A DNA stretch of 64,000 bases from the human T2T-CHM13v2.0 reference genome, Homo sapiens, in NCBI RefSeq assembly GCF_009914755.1, contig NC_060935.1, one strand, 5' to 3'. Of the stretch, positions 17,868 through 45,708 are shown one piece after another (positions within the stretch are counted from its first letter, which is position 1; every line of letters begins with the position of its first letter). The position numbers and the translations under genes were made by a program. The notes under the pieces were generated by a model, which was not told where the DNA came from, did no database searches, and saw only the letters and a list, made by a program, of their open reading frames with translations.

Positions 17868-18462
17868 TCACTTTCCTCACTTATAAATTGTGCAGCTTGC
17901 ACCAGATTCATTCACTCATCCACCCATTCCACAGGCTCTGACTAGCACCTCTGAGGCCCCAAGCACATGGACCAGCACTGCAGACACTAAGATGAGTCTC
18001 TGCCCTCCCTGTCCAGAGTCCTTCCAGCTCCAACACTTGGGGCTGAAAGAATTGAGGGGTTTGTGCCCAGAGAAGAGAAGGTGTTATGGTGTAAGGACTT
18101 TCACATAAAAAAGAAGTTAGTCCCAAAGGATAGGACCGGATGGGTGGAAGTTTTAGGGAAACAGTTTTGGGGATCAGTGTAGAAAAGAGTTCTCCAAAAA
18201 TGAAATGGGCTATCCTGAGAGGTCTCATCACTGGAGGTCTGCAGAGGCTGAAAGATCATTTGCTGGGATGTCATCAAGGTTTGTGTGCTGGGAAGAGGCT
18301 GGACTAGATGATTTTTAAGGCCCGAGGGAGTTTTCTCTGCTATCTCTATCTCTGGAGGACTTGGACACCAAGACAGGCTTGTGTCCTTTGGGATGTGCTG
18401 AGGGTCTTGCTTTCGGCTGGGGATGGGCTGCCCTCCCACAAATGCTGAGGTGAATGACACAG

Positions 18463-19241
18463 TGAGAGACAAGACTAGCTGGATTTCCTAGGCTGACTAA
18501 GAATCCCTAAGCCTAGCTGGGAAGGTGACCGCATCCACCTTTAAACACGGAGCTTGCAACTTAGCTCACACCTGACCAATCAGGTAGTAAAGAGAGCTCA
18601 CTAAAATGCTAATTAGGCACAAACAGGAGGTAAAGAAATAGCCAATCATCTATTGCCTGAGAGCACAGCGGGAAGGACAACCATGGGGTATAAACCCAGG
18701 CATTCGAGCCAGCAACAGCTACCCTCTTTGGGTCCCCTCCCTTTGTATGGGAGCTCTGTTTTCACTCTATTAAATCTTGCAACTACACTCTCTTCTGGTC
18801 CGTGTTGGTTACCGCTCGAGCTGATCTTTCGCTTTCCATCCCCCACTGCTGTTTGCCGCCGTTGCAGACCTGCCGCTGACTTCCATCCTTCTGGATCCAG
18901 CAGGTTGTCTGCTGTGCTCCTGATCCAGTGAGGCCCCCATTGCCACTCCTGATTGGGCTAAAGGCTTGCCTTTGTTCCCGCATGGCTAAGTGCCCAGGTT
19001 CGTCCTAATGGAGCTGAACACTAGTCACTGGGTTCCACGGTTCTCTTCTGTGACCCACGGCTCCTAATAGAGCTATAACACTCACTGCAGGGCCCAAGGT
19101 TCCATTCCTTGGAATCCGTGAGGCCAAGAACCCCAGGTCAGAGAACACGAGGCTTGCCACCATCTTGGAAGCAGCCCGCCGCCACTTTGGAAGCGCCCGC
19201 CACCATCTTGGGAGCTCTGGGAGCAAGGACCCCCGGTAACA
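18463..19241 (+). mobile_element. Full-length HERV-W (LTR17) solo LTR
   Basis: TGAGAGAC..ctagctggatttcctagg...ccccggtaACA, 779 bp, 4-bp TSD ACAG. CCAAT boxes, TATAAA at 18689 and ATTAAA at 18769. Confidence 0.93.
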
Positions 19242-19744
19242 ACAGTGGCCCCGGGGCAGGAGGGCGACGTGACCTCCTCAGTGGGTCTTGCCTCTCCACA
19301 GGGTAGTGTGGGCAGAATTCTCATAAGGTGAGGTGTCCCCTCAGAGGAACAGGGATGTGGCACCTCACTGCCTCCACCCTTTCTCCCACGCCTGCCCTCT
19401 CCTCATTGTCTCATCTCTCTGTCTACTCATTCCGGACTACAGGCTCCGTGTCCCAGAGCATTTCCTTTCTGTAGCTAATGGCAGCTTGGGGGCCCAAATG
19501 TTCCCCATGGCCAGTGAGTTCCATTGTGTTTCACTGCTCGAGACAGCAGCAGACCAGAGTCCAGGCAGCAGTGGGACAAGGACTGTCTGCTGAGCGCATT
19601 CCCAGAAATAGAGGAGGCAGCCAAGGATTCCAGCTCCAGGGCTGGTGGCATCCTTCCCCCTCAGTTGACTGGCCTCTGAGGGAGCAGGGAGAGCCCCAGA
19701 GCACAGGTGTATTTTGCCAGATCCCCCTACTTATCTGCTAATGC

Positions 19745-20045
19745 CACTCATTCATTCAACAAATATTTGTTGAGCATCTACTATGTAACAGACACTCTTC
19801 CAGGTTCTGAGATTGGAACCAACAAATTATATAAAAATATCTGCCTTGTAGAGCTTACATTCTAGTGGAGGCAGGGGCAGAGAGAGATCATAAGCCAGAA
19901 AAATACCCAATACATACATGTGGTATGTTAGATGTTGACAAGTGCTATGGAGAAGGACTCTAGAGAGTATTAGGGGGTATAATTTCATCTATAAAATACG
20001 GTGGTGGATGGAGAAGGTCTCACTGAGAAGTTGATCTTTGAGGAA
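19745..20045. mobile_element. L2 remnant
   Basis: cattcattcaacaaatatttgttgagcatctactatgt. Confidence 0.65.
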
Positions 20046-20374
20046 GTTGATGGTCACTTGGGTCACACTTGAGCTATTGCTTTCCAATCCTCTCTCCAGG
20101 ATCTGCCCTCAGGCCTTGGAGACAAGCTGCTCAGAATAATCCCTCTTATGTTATACTGCTGTATTTAACTCTTTTAGACTGTTCATGACCTATTCATTTA
20201 TTTATTAATCCTCTCAATCTCTTCTATTTGTAAATAAAAGGGACATATGGTTTGTTACGGGTTATATAATTTCATAGTTTGCTGAGTATATGCTACATAT
20301 GCTGAGTACTTTATCTACAACAACTCATTTAATCTTCACAGCAACGTATGAGGATAAATATGGCCATGCCCCAT

Positions 20375-21058
20375 TTATTTATTTACTTATTTATTCATTC
20401 ATTCATTCACTCATTCATTCATTTATTTGAGGCAGGGTCTTGCTCTGTCATGCAGGCTAGAGTGCAGTGGTGCTACCATAGCTCACTACAGCTTCAAACT
20501 CTTGGGCTCAAGTGATTCTCCTGCTTCAGCCTCTTGTGTAGCTGGAATTACAGGTGCATGCCACCATGCCTGGCTAATTTTTTTCTTCATAGAGGTGAGG
20601 TCTTGCCATGTTGACCAGGCTGGTCTTGAACTCCTGGGCTCAAGCAATCCTCCTGCCTCTGTCTCCCAAAGTGCTGGGATTGCAGGCGTGAGCTACTGTG
20701 CCCGGCCTATGCCCAATTTAGACATGAGAAAACTGAGGTTGGAGCTGGGCGCAGGGGTTCATGACTGTAATCCCAGCACTTTGGGAAACTGAGGCGGGCA
20801 GATCACTTGAGGCCAGGAGTTCGAGACCATGCGTGGTCAACATGGTGAAACCCCTTCTCTACTAAAAATACAAAATTAGCCTGGCGTGGTGGCATGTGCC
20901 TGTTATCCCAGCTACTCAAGAGGCTGAGACAGGAGAATCGCTTGAACCCAAGAGGTCGAGGTTGCAGTGAGCCGAGACGACTTCACAGCACTCCAGCCTG
21001 AGCTACAGAGTGAGACTCCATCAAAAAAAAAAAAAAAAGAAAGTAAGAAAGAAAGAAA
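20375..21058. mobile_element. Head-to-head Alu pair (minus 20375-20706, plus 20742-21058) within a MIR
   Basis: Two opposite-strand Alus about 35 bp apart. Confidence 0.85.
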
Positions 21059-21905
21059 ACTGATGTTGAGTTTGGACGCTTCAGTTACTGCTATAGACTG
21101 AATGATTGTGCACCCCCAGCATTCACATGTTAAAACCTAACCCCCAATGTAATGGTATTAGGAGGTGAGGCCTTTGGGAGGTGATTAGTGCCCTTATAAA
21201 GAGATTCCAGAGAGCTGGTAGCACCGTGAATTATGGTTTTTATGATTTCTGTGTAGGGGGAAGAGAGAGTGGATATCAGAATATCTGGGAGAAGGGGCAT
21301 GCATAATTTGAACCAGGTGATGTTGATATTGCCTTACCCATTCCAGATTAATAATTGCTGAACTATAATATTCCCAAAAAGTCTGGTGAATTCGATAGGT
21401 GAATTTAGTAGGCAGGGCAATTGTTTCTTTATTCCCATTAGATAGTTGATGAAATTGAGTATGCAATTAAGACAGTTTAGTTGGTTTGCCCAAGATCACA
21501 TAGTTCACAATGGAACCAGGACTGGGGCCAGGCTCTATTCCATTTTCCCGTTGCTTCTTGTTAAAAACTCACTTCATTTTTTTTGAAATAAAACACTCAT
21601 TTTTAAAAATAAAATTTAAAGCATAAGACGGTGGAGAGTGAAAAATGACTTTCTCCCTACCCTGTCTGCCAGACATACATTCTACCCTGAAAGGCAACAA
21701 CCATTACAATTGTTGTATTTTCTTCCTGTTTACATTTTTCCTCAGTTGAAAAGGCAGAAGACAGAATCAGATCTTTAGGAGTGCTGTCTTAGCTTGGCTG
21801 AGGGTTCTATACCAGGTTTGGTCATACATAGCTGAGTGACCTTGGGCAAGTTAGTAAATATCTCAGAGTTTTAGTTCCTCATGTATAAAATAAGGGTAAT
21901 GTCAC

Positions 21906-22634
<729 letters not shown>

Positions 22635-23996
22635 GTCACCTGCCTCAGAGTGTTAGAATGAGTTCATGTAAGAGAGAACATGCCTGAAAGCATGTTGTAA
22701 ACCATGCATGGCCATACAAAGATTGGTCAATGTGATTATTCTCTGCTTCTGTTTTTTTTTCATTTCCTCTGGAAGAGCTCATGGATGACCATTATGTTTC
22801 CACTCCTTCTCAGACTCTGAAAAGGATGGATCGGAGATGGGACTCATTTCCACAGGATGAAAGGATATGATTCAAAATTGTACCAAGTGCAATTAAAGTT
22901 AGATATTAGAAGAAACTTTGTTTTAGAATCCCCAAGGGATTTTTGAGGTCTCTTTGAAAATTTCTGAGAAAATACTAATAATACATTAAGCATCTGTTTT
23001 TCCCAGAAACAAGAAGATGGATAAGATAGCCTCTCGATCCCTTCTTTTCTAGAAGTTCTTTAGAATTCAAGTAAGAGGGAAATTTAAACCCAACCACCTT
23101 CTGCCCCAGGTCCAGTTCCAGGGTGGCCGAATGGGCAAATGGCTACTCGTCATGAATAGGATGACCTCTCTGGTCCTTTCCTCCTTTAAGTTTATTAACT
23201 CTCTTGGGTTAGAGAGAAATCTAAGCCAAATGACCTTCTGCCCCCAGGTCTAGCTCTGGGGTGACCAATAGGCTGATGATCAATCACTATCCCCATTAAA
23301 GCCTAGCTTTTGCTACCAGCTTGCTAATTTTAGATACAATTTCCAGGGTGACCTACCCTGAAGAGCACTCTAGAGTTGACTGAGTTGTTTGGGGAACAGA
23401 AAAAAGCTTCCACCCACAAGTAGTTGAAAAAGCTAGAATTTAAAGGAAATTTGGGGAAAGTTTCATTTTCTAGGAAGGAGAGATACTCAAGATGCTAGAA
23501 CATTTCCATCTTGAACACCTGTAAGAACTGGAGTGAGACCATCCTTCTGTGCCAGAAAGGAGGTGAAAGGGAAGAAAGAAGGAAGGATCCTGCCTGCTTT
23601 GCCATTTCTCATACCCATCATTCCCTGATGGCTTGTATGAAGGATTACCTCCTCCCTTATGAGCGTAAGTCCCCGAATCTGCAGAGTTTAGCACCAGGAA
23701 GATCTCCAGGCAGACAGAGCAAGAACCAAGGAGCACCATGAAGTTCTTTGGGTCTCAGCTTACTCTGGTGCTTCTCTCTCTCATACAGGTGTTGCTGCCA
23801 CCACGCTGGCCTAACCAGGAACAAAGACCCCTTCCTTCTCTTCCACTCAATGTGGAGCATGAAGATTGGAAATTCCAGTATGAATACATTAACGGAAGAG
23901 ACAGGGGCAGTAAGCAAAAGGGGTATGTGAAGATTGAACTATGAACTTGTAACACCCAGGGGTTTCAGTTCTTTTAGACCTGTGCAATTTTCCTGA

Positions 23997-24362
<366 letters not shown>

Positions 24363-24689
24363 GGTTTCATAATTTCTATTCCTTGCCTGTAACCATGTAG
24401 AAGATGGCAATACACACACCCAACCAATAGGAGCAACCTCCCATTCATCTGACCTTTTGAGGTCACAATCGAGAATAAAAAGTTTCACTGCGTCACTACT
24501 TTAAAATTTCCAACCTGTCCGGTTGGAGATCTAGAAGAGACCTCTTCCCCTCTTCTAGATGATGGGGACAGGAGACAAAAAATAACCACACCTTTCAGAT
24601 GAAGCCAAACCCCATGCCCTCAGACCCAACGTAATAATAATACACTCCCAAAACTCTAGCATCTCTTCCCTACCATGAGGAGGGCTGCA

Positions 24690-24918
24690 GACAGCTCACT
24701 GCAGCCTCAAACTCCCTAGGCTCAGGTGCTCCTCCCACCTCATCCTCCTGTGTAGCTGGGACTGTAGGCATGCGCCACCATGCTGGGCTAATTTTTCTAG
24801 TTTTTGTAGAGGTCTCACCATGTTGCCCAGGTTGGTCTCAATTCCTGGGCTCAAGTGATCCACCTGCCTTGGCCTCCCAAAGTGCTGGGATTACAGGTGT
24901 GAGCCACTGTGCCTGGCC
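24690..24918 (-). mobile_element. AluJ lacking its 3' end
   Basis: Partial antisense Alu. Confidence 0.8.
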
Positions 24919-26639
24919 ACTTTATCTCAGTTTTTTCATCTGCAATATGGGAGTAATAACAATATCTTCTTCATAGGAAATAAAGATTAAATAAGATAAA
25001 GAGCTGAGCACAGTGCTGGGCACATAGTATATGCTCGATGAATGAGGGCTACTGTTGGTGGAGTGGTGCAGAACAGGGCCATTCCAAGGACCCAGGGCCT
25101 TGGTGGAGGAAAGCTCTGAGTCATACATGATAGGACAGCAGGGCAAAGAAGACCAGGAAGGAAGGTGCTCTTCTATGTCTGTTGAAGACACTGCTGTGCC
25201 TCTCTCCTTCCTATCATGCCCACTGCTGCCTCTTCAGGCAGGTGAACTGGGAAACTTGAATCAGGCATTTTGCCATCCTGCTGGCTTCCACCCCCTCCAT
25301 GAGTAGACAGCCGCTGAATCTTCCAGCCTCCATACCAGGATGGGTCAAGTCTCTGGAACTGGTTAGTAGGAAAGGTGCTCCTTATCTGACCCCTAGCACA
25401 GAGAGAGGTAGGCTCTGCAGGGGCACTGTATGAGCAAGTGCCAACCATGGGTGCCCAACCAAAGGGGCGATAAGGGAAGAGGAAGGCAAATCTTCCCTTT
25501 AGCACTGTGATAACAAACCTTAAGCCTCCCCCAGCCCTTTTCTAGCAGGTGGGTCCCTAGTGTGGCCAGATGTTACTAAGGGTCGAAGAGTTTTGGTACA
25601 TTTATAGGTTTTAAAAGGTCAGGCTCTTTGGTGGTAAAAGTTTTACAGACTAGTAAAATTTTACTGCAGAAGATGGGAAACACAGCTGTAATAGAAAAGG
25701 CTGGAGCCAAGAGTCTGGAAGATCTCAGTTCCGTCTGAAATTAGCTGTGGGAATTAACGCATGTCATGGAGGTTCTCGGGGCTCTGTGTTTTAACCTGGA
25801 AAATGGGAGCAAGAAAAGCAATCAGGGGTAGGACAAGGGGCAACGGCATCCAGCGATAGATGGGAAGTTGAGGCCCACATGTGATCACATCCTTCTCTCT
25901 GCAGTGCTAGAGCCGCTGGACACAAGGGGAAGGAAGGCTCAGGCCTGTGGGTCCTGCAGTCTCGGAGCTTTTCATTACCCAGACTGGATCGCCGCCATCT
26001 GTGTGTCTGCCTCTATTCCTTGGGAGGAGCCTGGCCGTCTGCAGGCAGAGCTCACGAATCAAATTAGCCCAGGCTCTGCTTTTCCCTCATCCCCACCAGC
26101 CAAGGCGAGTTCATCAAGGCCTCGCACTAATTCTTATCTTATTTAAAAGGGGCAAAAGTGACTCCACAGTTTCATCTGAGGCAATTTACACCCCGCCACT
26201 GGCCACACGGCTCCAGCTTCCCCCTGTCTGTTGTGCCATCAAATCCATTAATAGGACATTTCTTCAGGGGAAACTTGATTGCCGCTCCATCAGAAAGGCA
26301 CACAGGCAATACATCTCCATCCGAGGCCATGGCCTGCCCGGCTCCCTCTAATCCTGTTACCTAAGGAGCTAATTCTCTAATGCACGCACTGTGCAGAGGA
26401 CATCCTCTTTCCTTCCTAACACAATTGGACAGTCCCAGAGGATTCCAGGAGCTCAATGCAGAAATGAAGGCTTGGGGCCGATGGGACAGGATCTCCTAGA
26501 TTTCTCAGGACCTCTGGAGGGGTTGTAACACATGCTCATGGCTGGCACCCCACTCCGCCTTGCCGAGAGCCTGCTTTCTAGAGTACTACACTGGGAAGGG
26601 GTGAGCCACACCCAGACCACCCTGGCTTCATAGTTCAGC

Positions 26640-26850
26640 CACCTCCTGCTTCTGCTTCATCCTTCCTCCGCCTCCTCCTTCTCTTTCTTTTCTCCTTCCA
26701 TTTTCCTCTCTTTTTTCTCCCTTTCTTCTTTGCCTTTTCCGCCGATCTTCCTTTTCCTCCTCAGTTTCTTTCCTAACTTTCTTCCTGTCTGGTCTTCTTT
26801 TTCTTCTTGTTCCTCTTATTTTTTACTTCTCCCCTCTTCTCCTTCTCCAG
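26640..26850. repeat. CT-rich low-complexity tract
   Basis: Almost pure pyrimidine on the + strand. Confidence 0.85.
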
Positions 26851-27340
26851 ATCCCCACAACTGTGAAAATATTGTTTTACCTTTCACTTTTTTTGTGCTC
26901 CATTCCCTCCCGCTTTGGTGCTGTCCTTTCAGAACAAGTTCAATTTCTAATGCTTCTTCCCAGCTGTCTCCAAATGGTTCAGCTCTGTGGGAGGAATGGG
27001 CCCCAGGCCATACCAGCCTAGGTGTGGAGCAAGAGGTAGGGAGGCCCTCGTGGATATACACAAACACCCCAAATACAAAATGGAGCATTGTGGTAGTGGT
27101 TAGGTTGTGTCAGGGGAGCAATTAAGTTCTATTCGCTCTTCAATGAGGAAATGATTATAATGGCAACCCCAAATGGGTTTGTTACTGCTAAAGGCCAAAC
27201 CCTAGCTTATGGCTGTATGAAGGGACCCCATCAACAAATGGCATAATGCTCTATGCAGATTTCATAATGCACATAAACAGGAGGAGAAAGTCGTCTAGAA
27301 ATTTTCAGATTTCTAAGTGCTAATGGCCACTTAGACGTCA

Positions 27341-27694
<354 letters not shown>

Positions 27695-28494
27695 TTAGGA
27701 ATCTATAGTGTTCTGCTTGGGCCCCATTCAAGACCTCAGCCTGGTGGCCTAGGAGGCAGCCTGGTTCTTCTTGCCTTGCTTTATCCTGCTGTCAAACCTC
27801 AGGTCTGAGGACATTCATTCTGGAATTCTGGGGAGGTCTGGCTCTATAAATTCTCTAAAAGTTTGGGGCCCTCTTTCTATTCACTGCCCTCATATCCATT
27901 CCCCTGAGGGAAATGCTTGGAGCTAATTGTCCATGTTTTTCTGGATTGTGCAGTGATGAAGCACATGACTTAAGAGAAGAGTAGCCCAGGCTCCCTGAAC
28001 TTGACTGCACGTTGCAGAACCACACCCCGCTAACGGCCACAGGAAAGGACCCCAATGGTGAATGGTATAATGCTTTATGCAGATTTCATAATGCACAGGA
28101 ATAAGAACTGAAAGGATGCAGCCCTGACCAAAGTAGTTTCTTTCTTTTTTTCTTTCTTTTTAACTTACCTACAATTCAGAAAATTCCTCCTTACTGCAGG
28201 GTTCCTAGCCTATTCCACACTTAGAGTCAAGTGGAAAATAAATTAAAAAGGAAGAAAATGTTTTGTTGTTGATACTTAACTTGATTGGTACGGGGACATC
28301 TACCCAAATGGTGAGCTAGGGTAGGACTCCTTCAAATAAAAATGCACAGTAATTCTTCTTGCAGGCAACTTTAGGGGTACACAGCTGAGGCCTGAGGGAT
28401 AGATACTTGTCTATTTAACTTGCAATGAAGAAAGAAACACTTCTTTCAAGAAAGACGCTTCCATTTAAGAGGAAGGTATTGAAAATGCTTCCGA

Positions 28495-28738
28495 GGCCAG
28501 GTGTGATTGCTCATGCCTCTAGTCCCTTTGGGGGACTACCAAAAATACAAAAATTAGCCAGGCATGGCTCGCATTTGTAGTCCCAGCTCTTCAAGAGGCT
28601 GAGATGGGAGGATCAGCTGAGACGGGGGAGGTTGGGGCTGCAGTGAGCAGTGATTGCGCCACTGCACTCTAGCCTGGGTGACAGAGCGAGACTCTGTCTC
28701 AAAAAAAAAAAAAAAAAGAAAGAAAGAAAAGAAAAGAA
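28495..28738 (+). mobile_element. Alu with internal left-arm deletion
   Basis: Jumps from ..tagtccc to the A-rich linker. Confidence 0.8.
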
Positions 28739-29399
28739 ATGCTTACGAAATGATATCAAGCAAAAAAAGAGGGCACAAAATTATATGTGTGTGATATTTA
28801 CTTCATTGTATACACATTACTGAAGAAAATTATGGAAGAATATATACCAAAACGTTAAGAGTGGCTGTCTCTGAGTCATAAGTTTACAGATGATTTTAAT
28901 TTTTCTTCATATTTTTCTACAAAGTGCATGTATTATTATTATTTTTACTATATGTATTTATTATGTATGGCAAGAATGCATGAAATAAATATGTATAGTA
29001 AAAGTTTATTTTTATTATATATTTTATTATTTTTAATATATATTTTACTATTTAAGTATAACTAATTAGATGAGGACAAAAGGGCAGACCTGTGGTGACT
29101 CCAGTTACCCTTCCCGTAACTACAGAGGTGCCCAGTCACCTGCTTGGTTATGTCACCCTGGGGAGTAAAAGAATGGTCTTCCTGCTCCTGCCTGACTCAC
29201 CCTATCCTGCCCCAGCCCAGTGCCACAGAAACATACTTGCCAAGGGACATCAATGAAAGCAGCAGCGTGGTGCACCTCCCAGGGGTCAGGCTGCACCCTT
29301 GTCTCATGGGCTTCTGCAGCCCCTGTCCCCACCTAAGTTACTCCTTGGGGAAACATGGCCAAGCCCCCTGGCTGAATGGGTGGACTGAGCTCCCACAGC

Positions 29400-29480
29400 A
29401 TGACATCAGCTAGGGCGGGCTCCCCTCTCAGCTGTCCCCTCCCCTTTCCTCCCGCCTGAAACATGATCCAGCTGAAGGAC
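29400..29480 (+). promoter_or_regulatory. HTR3A: HTR3A proximal promoter / TSS region (TATA-less)
   Basis: GC box gggcggg at ~29413 and CAGCTG E-boxes, about 220 nt upstream of the ATG. TSS position is inferred. Confidence 0.55.
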
Positions 29481-29483
29481 TGA
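29463..29483 (+). promoter_or_regulatory. uORF1 (MIQLKD*)
   Basis: ATG ATC CAG CTG AAG GAC TGA in the 5' leader. Confidence 0.7.
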
Positions 29484-29588
29484 TTGCAGGAAAACTTGGC
29501 AGCTCCCCAACCTTGGTGGCCCAGGGAGTGTGAGGCTGCAGCCTCAGAAGGTGTGAGCAGTGGCCACGAGAGGCAGGCTGGCTGGGAC

Positions 29589-29639
29589 ATGAGGTTGGCA
29601 GAGGGCAGGCAAGCTGGCCCTTGGTGGGCCTCGTCCTGA
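29589..29639 (+). promoter_or_regulatory. uORF2 (MRLAEGRQAGPWWASS*) containing c.-42 (T allele at 29634)
   Basis: Codon 16 is TCC (Ser), and would be CCC (Pro) with C. This matches the known HTR3A C178T / c.-42C>T Pro16Ser uORF variant. Confidence 0.85.
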
Positions 29640-29675
29640 GCACTCGGAGGCACTCCTATGCTTGGAAAGCTCGCT

Positions 29676-44102
<14,427 letters not shown>

Positions 44103-44628
44103 GTGGGTACAGCCCAGTGGAGGAGGGGGTACAGTCCTGGTTAGGTGGGGACAGAGGATTTCTGCTTAGGCCCCTCAGGACCCAGGGAATGCCAGGGACA
44201 TTTTCAAGACACAGACAAAGTCCCGTGCCCTGTTTCCAATGCCAATTCATCTCAGCAATCACAAGCCAAGGTCTGAACCCTTCCACCAAAAACTGGGTGT
44301 TCAAGGCCCTTACACCCTTGTCCCACCCCCAGCAGCTCACCATGGCTTTAAAACATGCTCTCTTAGATCAGGAGAAACTCGGGCACTCCCTAAGTCCACT
44401 CTAGTTGTGGACTTTTCCCCATTGACCCTCACCTGAATAAGGGACTTTGGAATTCTGCTTCTCTTTCACAACTTTGCTTTTAGGTTGAAGGCAAAACCAA
44501 CTCTCTACTACACAGGCCTGATAACTCTGTACGAGGCTTCTCTAACCCCTAGTGTCTTTTTTTTCTTCACCTCACTTGTGGCAGCTTCCCTGAACACTCA
44601 TCCCCCATCAGATGATGGGAGTGGGAAG

Positions 44629-44634
44629 AATAAA
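44629..44634 (+). terminator. HTR3A: HTR3A polyadenylation signal
   Basis: First AATAAA I found after the stop codon, followed about 25 nt later by a U-rich tract. Confidence 0.85.
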
Positions 44635-44662
44635 ATGCAGTGAAACCCTAAACTCTCTTCTT

Positions 44663-44868
44663 TTTTTTTTCTTTTTTTGTATTTATACATTTTGCTTGTT
44701 TCTTTTTTTTTAAATTTTATTATTATTATACTTTAATTTTTAGGGTACATGTGCACGACATGCAGGTTTGTTACATATGTATACATGGGCCATGCTGGTA
44801 TGCTGCACCCATTAACTCATCATTTAGCATTAGGTATATCTCCTAATGCTATCCCTCCCCGCTCCCCG
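44663..44868 (-). mobile_element. L1PA 3' end fragment with T-rich tail
   Basis: Reverse complement of the L1 3' terminus; TSD CTA(A/G)ACTCTCTTCTT. Confidence 0.9.
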
Positions 44869-44945
44869 CTAGACTCTCTTCTTAACCATTTGTCAGCAGC
44901 TTTGGGAAGAGGTTGGATGGTTAGAAGAAGAGATTTACAGTTAGT

Positions 44946-45231
<286 letters not shown>

Positions 45232-45687
45232 GAAGAAGAGATTGGTGCCTCTAGGCCCAGGAAACTGGGAGATGACAAATAGGTTGAAAAGCATTTGCAC
45301 AGGAAGGATAAACACCAACTTCATGATATTAGGGATCTGGAAAAGGAGTGGAGGATGAGACTAAGGAGGGGTATACAGGGATTCTCAGTTATATTAGTTT
45401 TTTAATTTAAATTAAATGGTGGGTTTGCAGTTATGTAAGTTACTCTTTGTACTTTAAGTAGCTGTTATAAGAAGAAACACTAGGAGGTGGGATTTAAGGT
45501 ATGAGGGTCAGGACCAAGAACACTTAGCAATGGAGAGAAAAGAGGGGGAATCTCGGCTTTGCAACCCCTTGGAAAGATGCTGGAAGGGTCCACACAGCCC
45601 TGTTACCTGGGCTCATGATCTTTTAGTGAAGGTGGGAGCAAGCTCTCTCCCTGCAAGTGGATACTGCAACGGAATGGAGATGAGAGC

Positions 45688-45708
45688 TTCAGCACCACGG
45701 CCAGCACC
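45688..45708 (+). promoter_or_regulatory. RE1/NRSE (REST binding site)
   Basis: TTCAGCACCACGGCCAGCACC matches the consensus TTCAGCACCACGGACAGCGCC at 19/21. Confidence 0.85.

Noticed and set aside
44604-44619. Small hairpin CCCATC-agat-GATGGG before the poly(A) signal
   Set aside because: A 6-7-bp stem is expected by chance.
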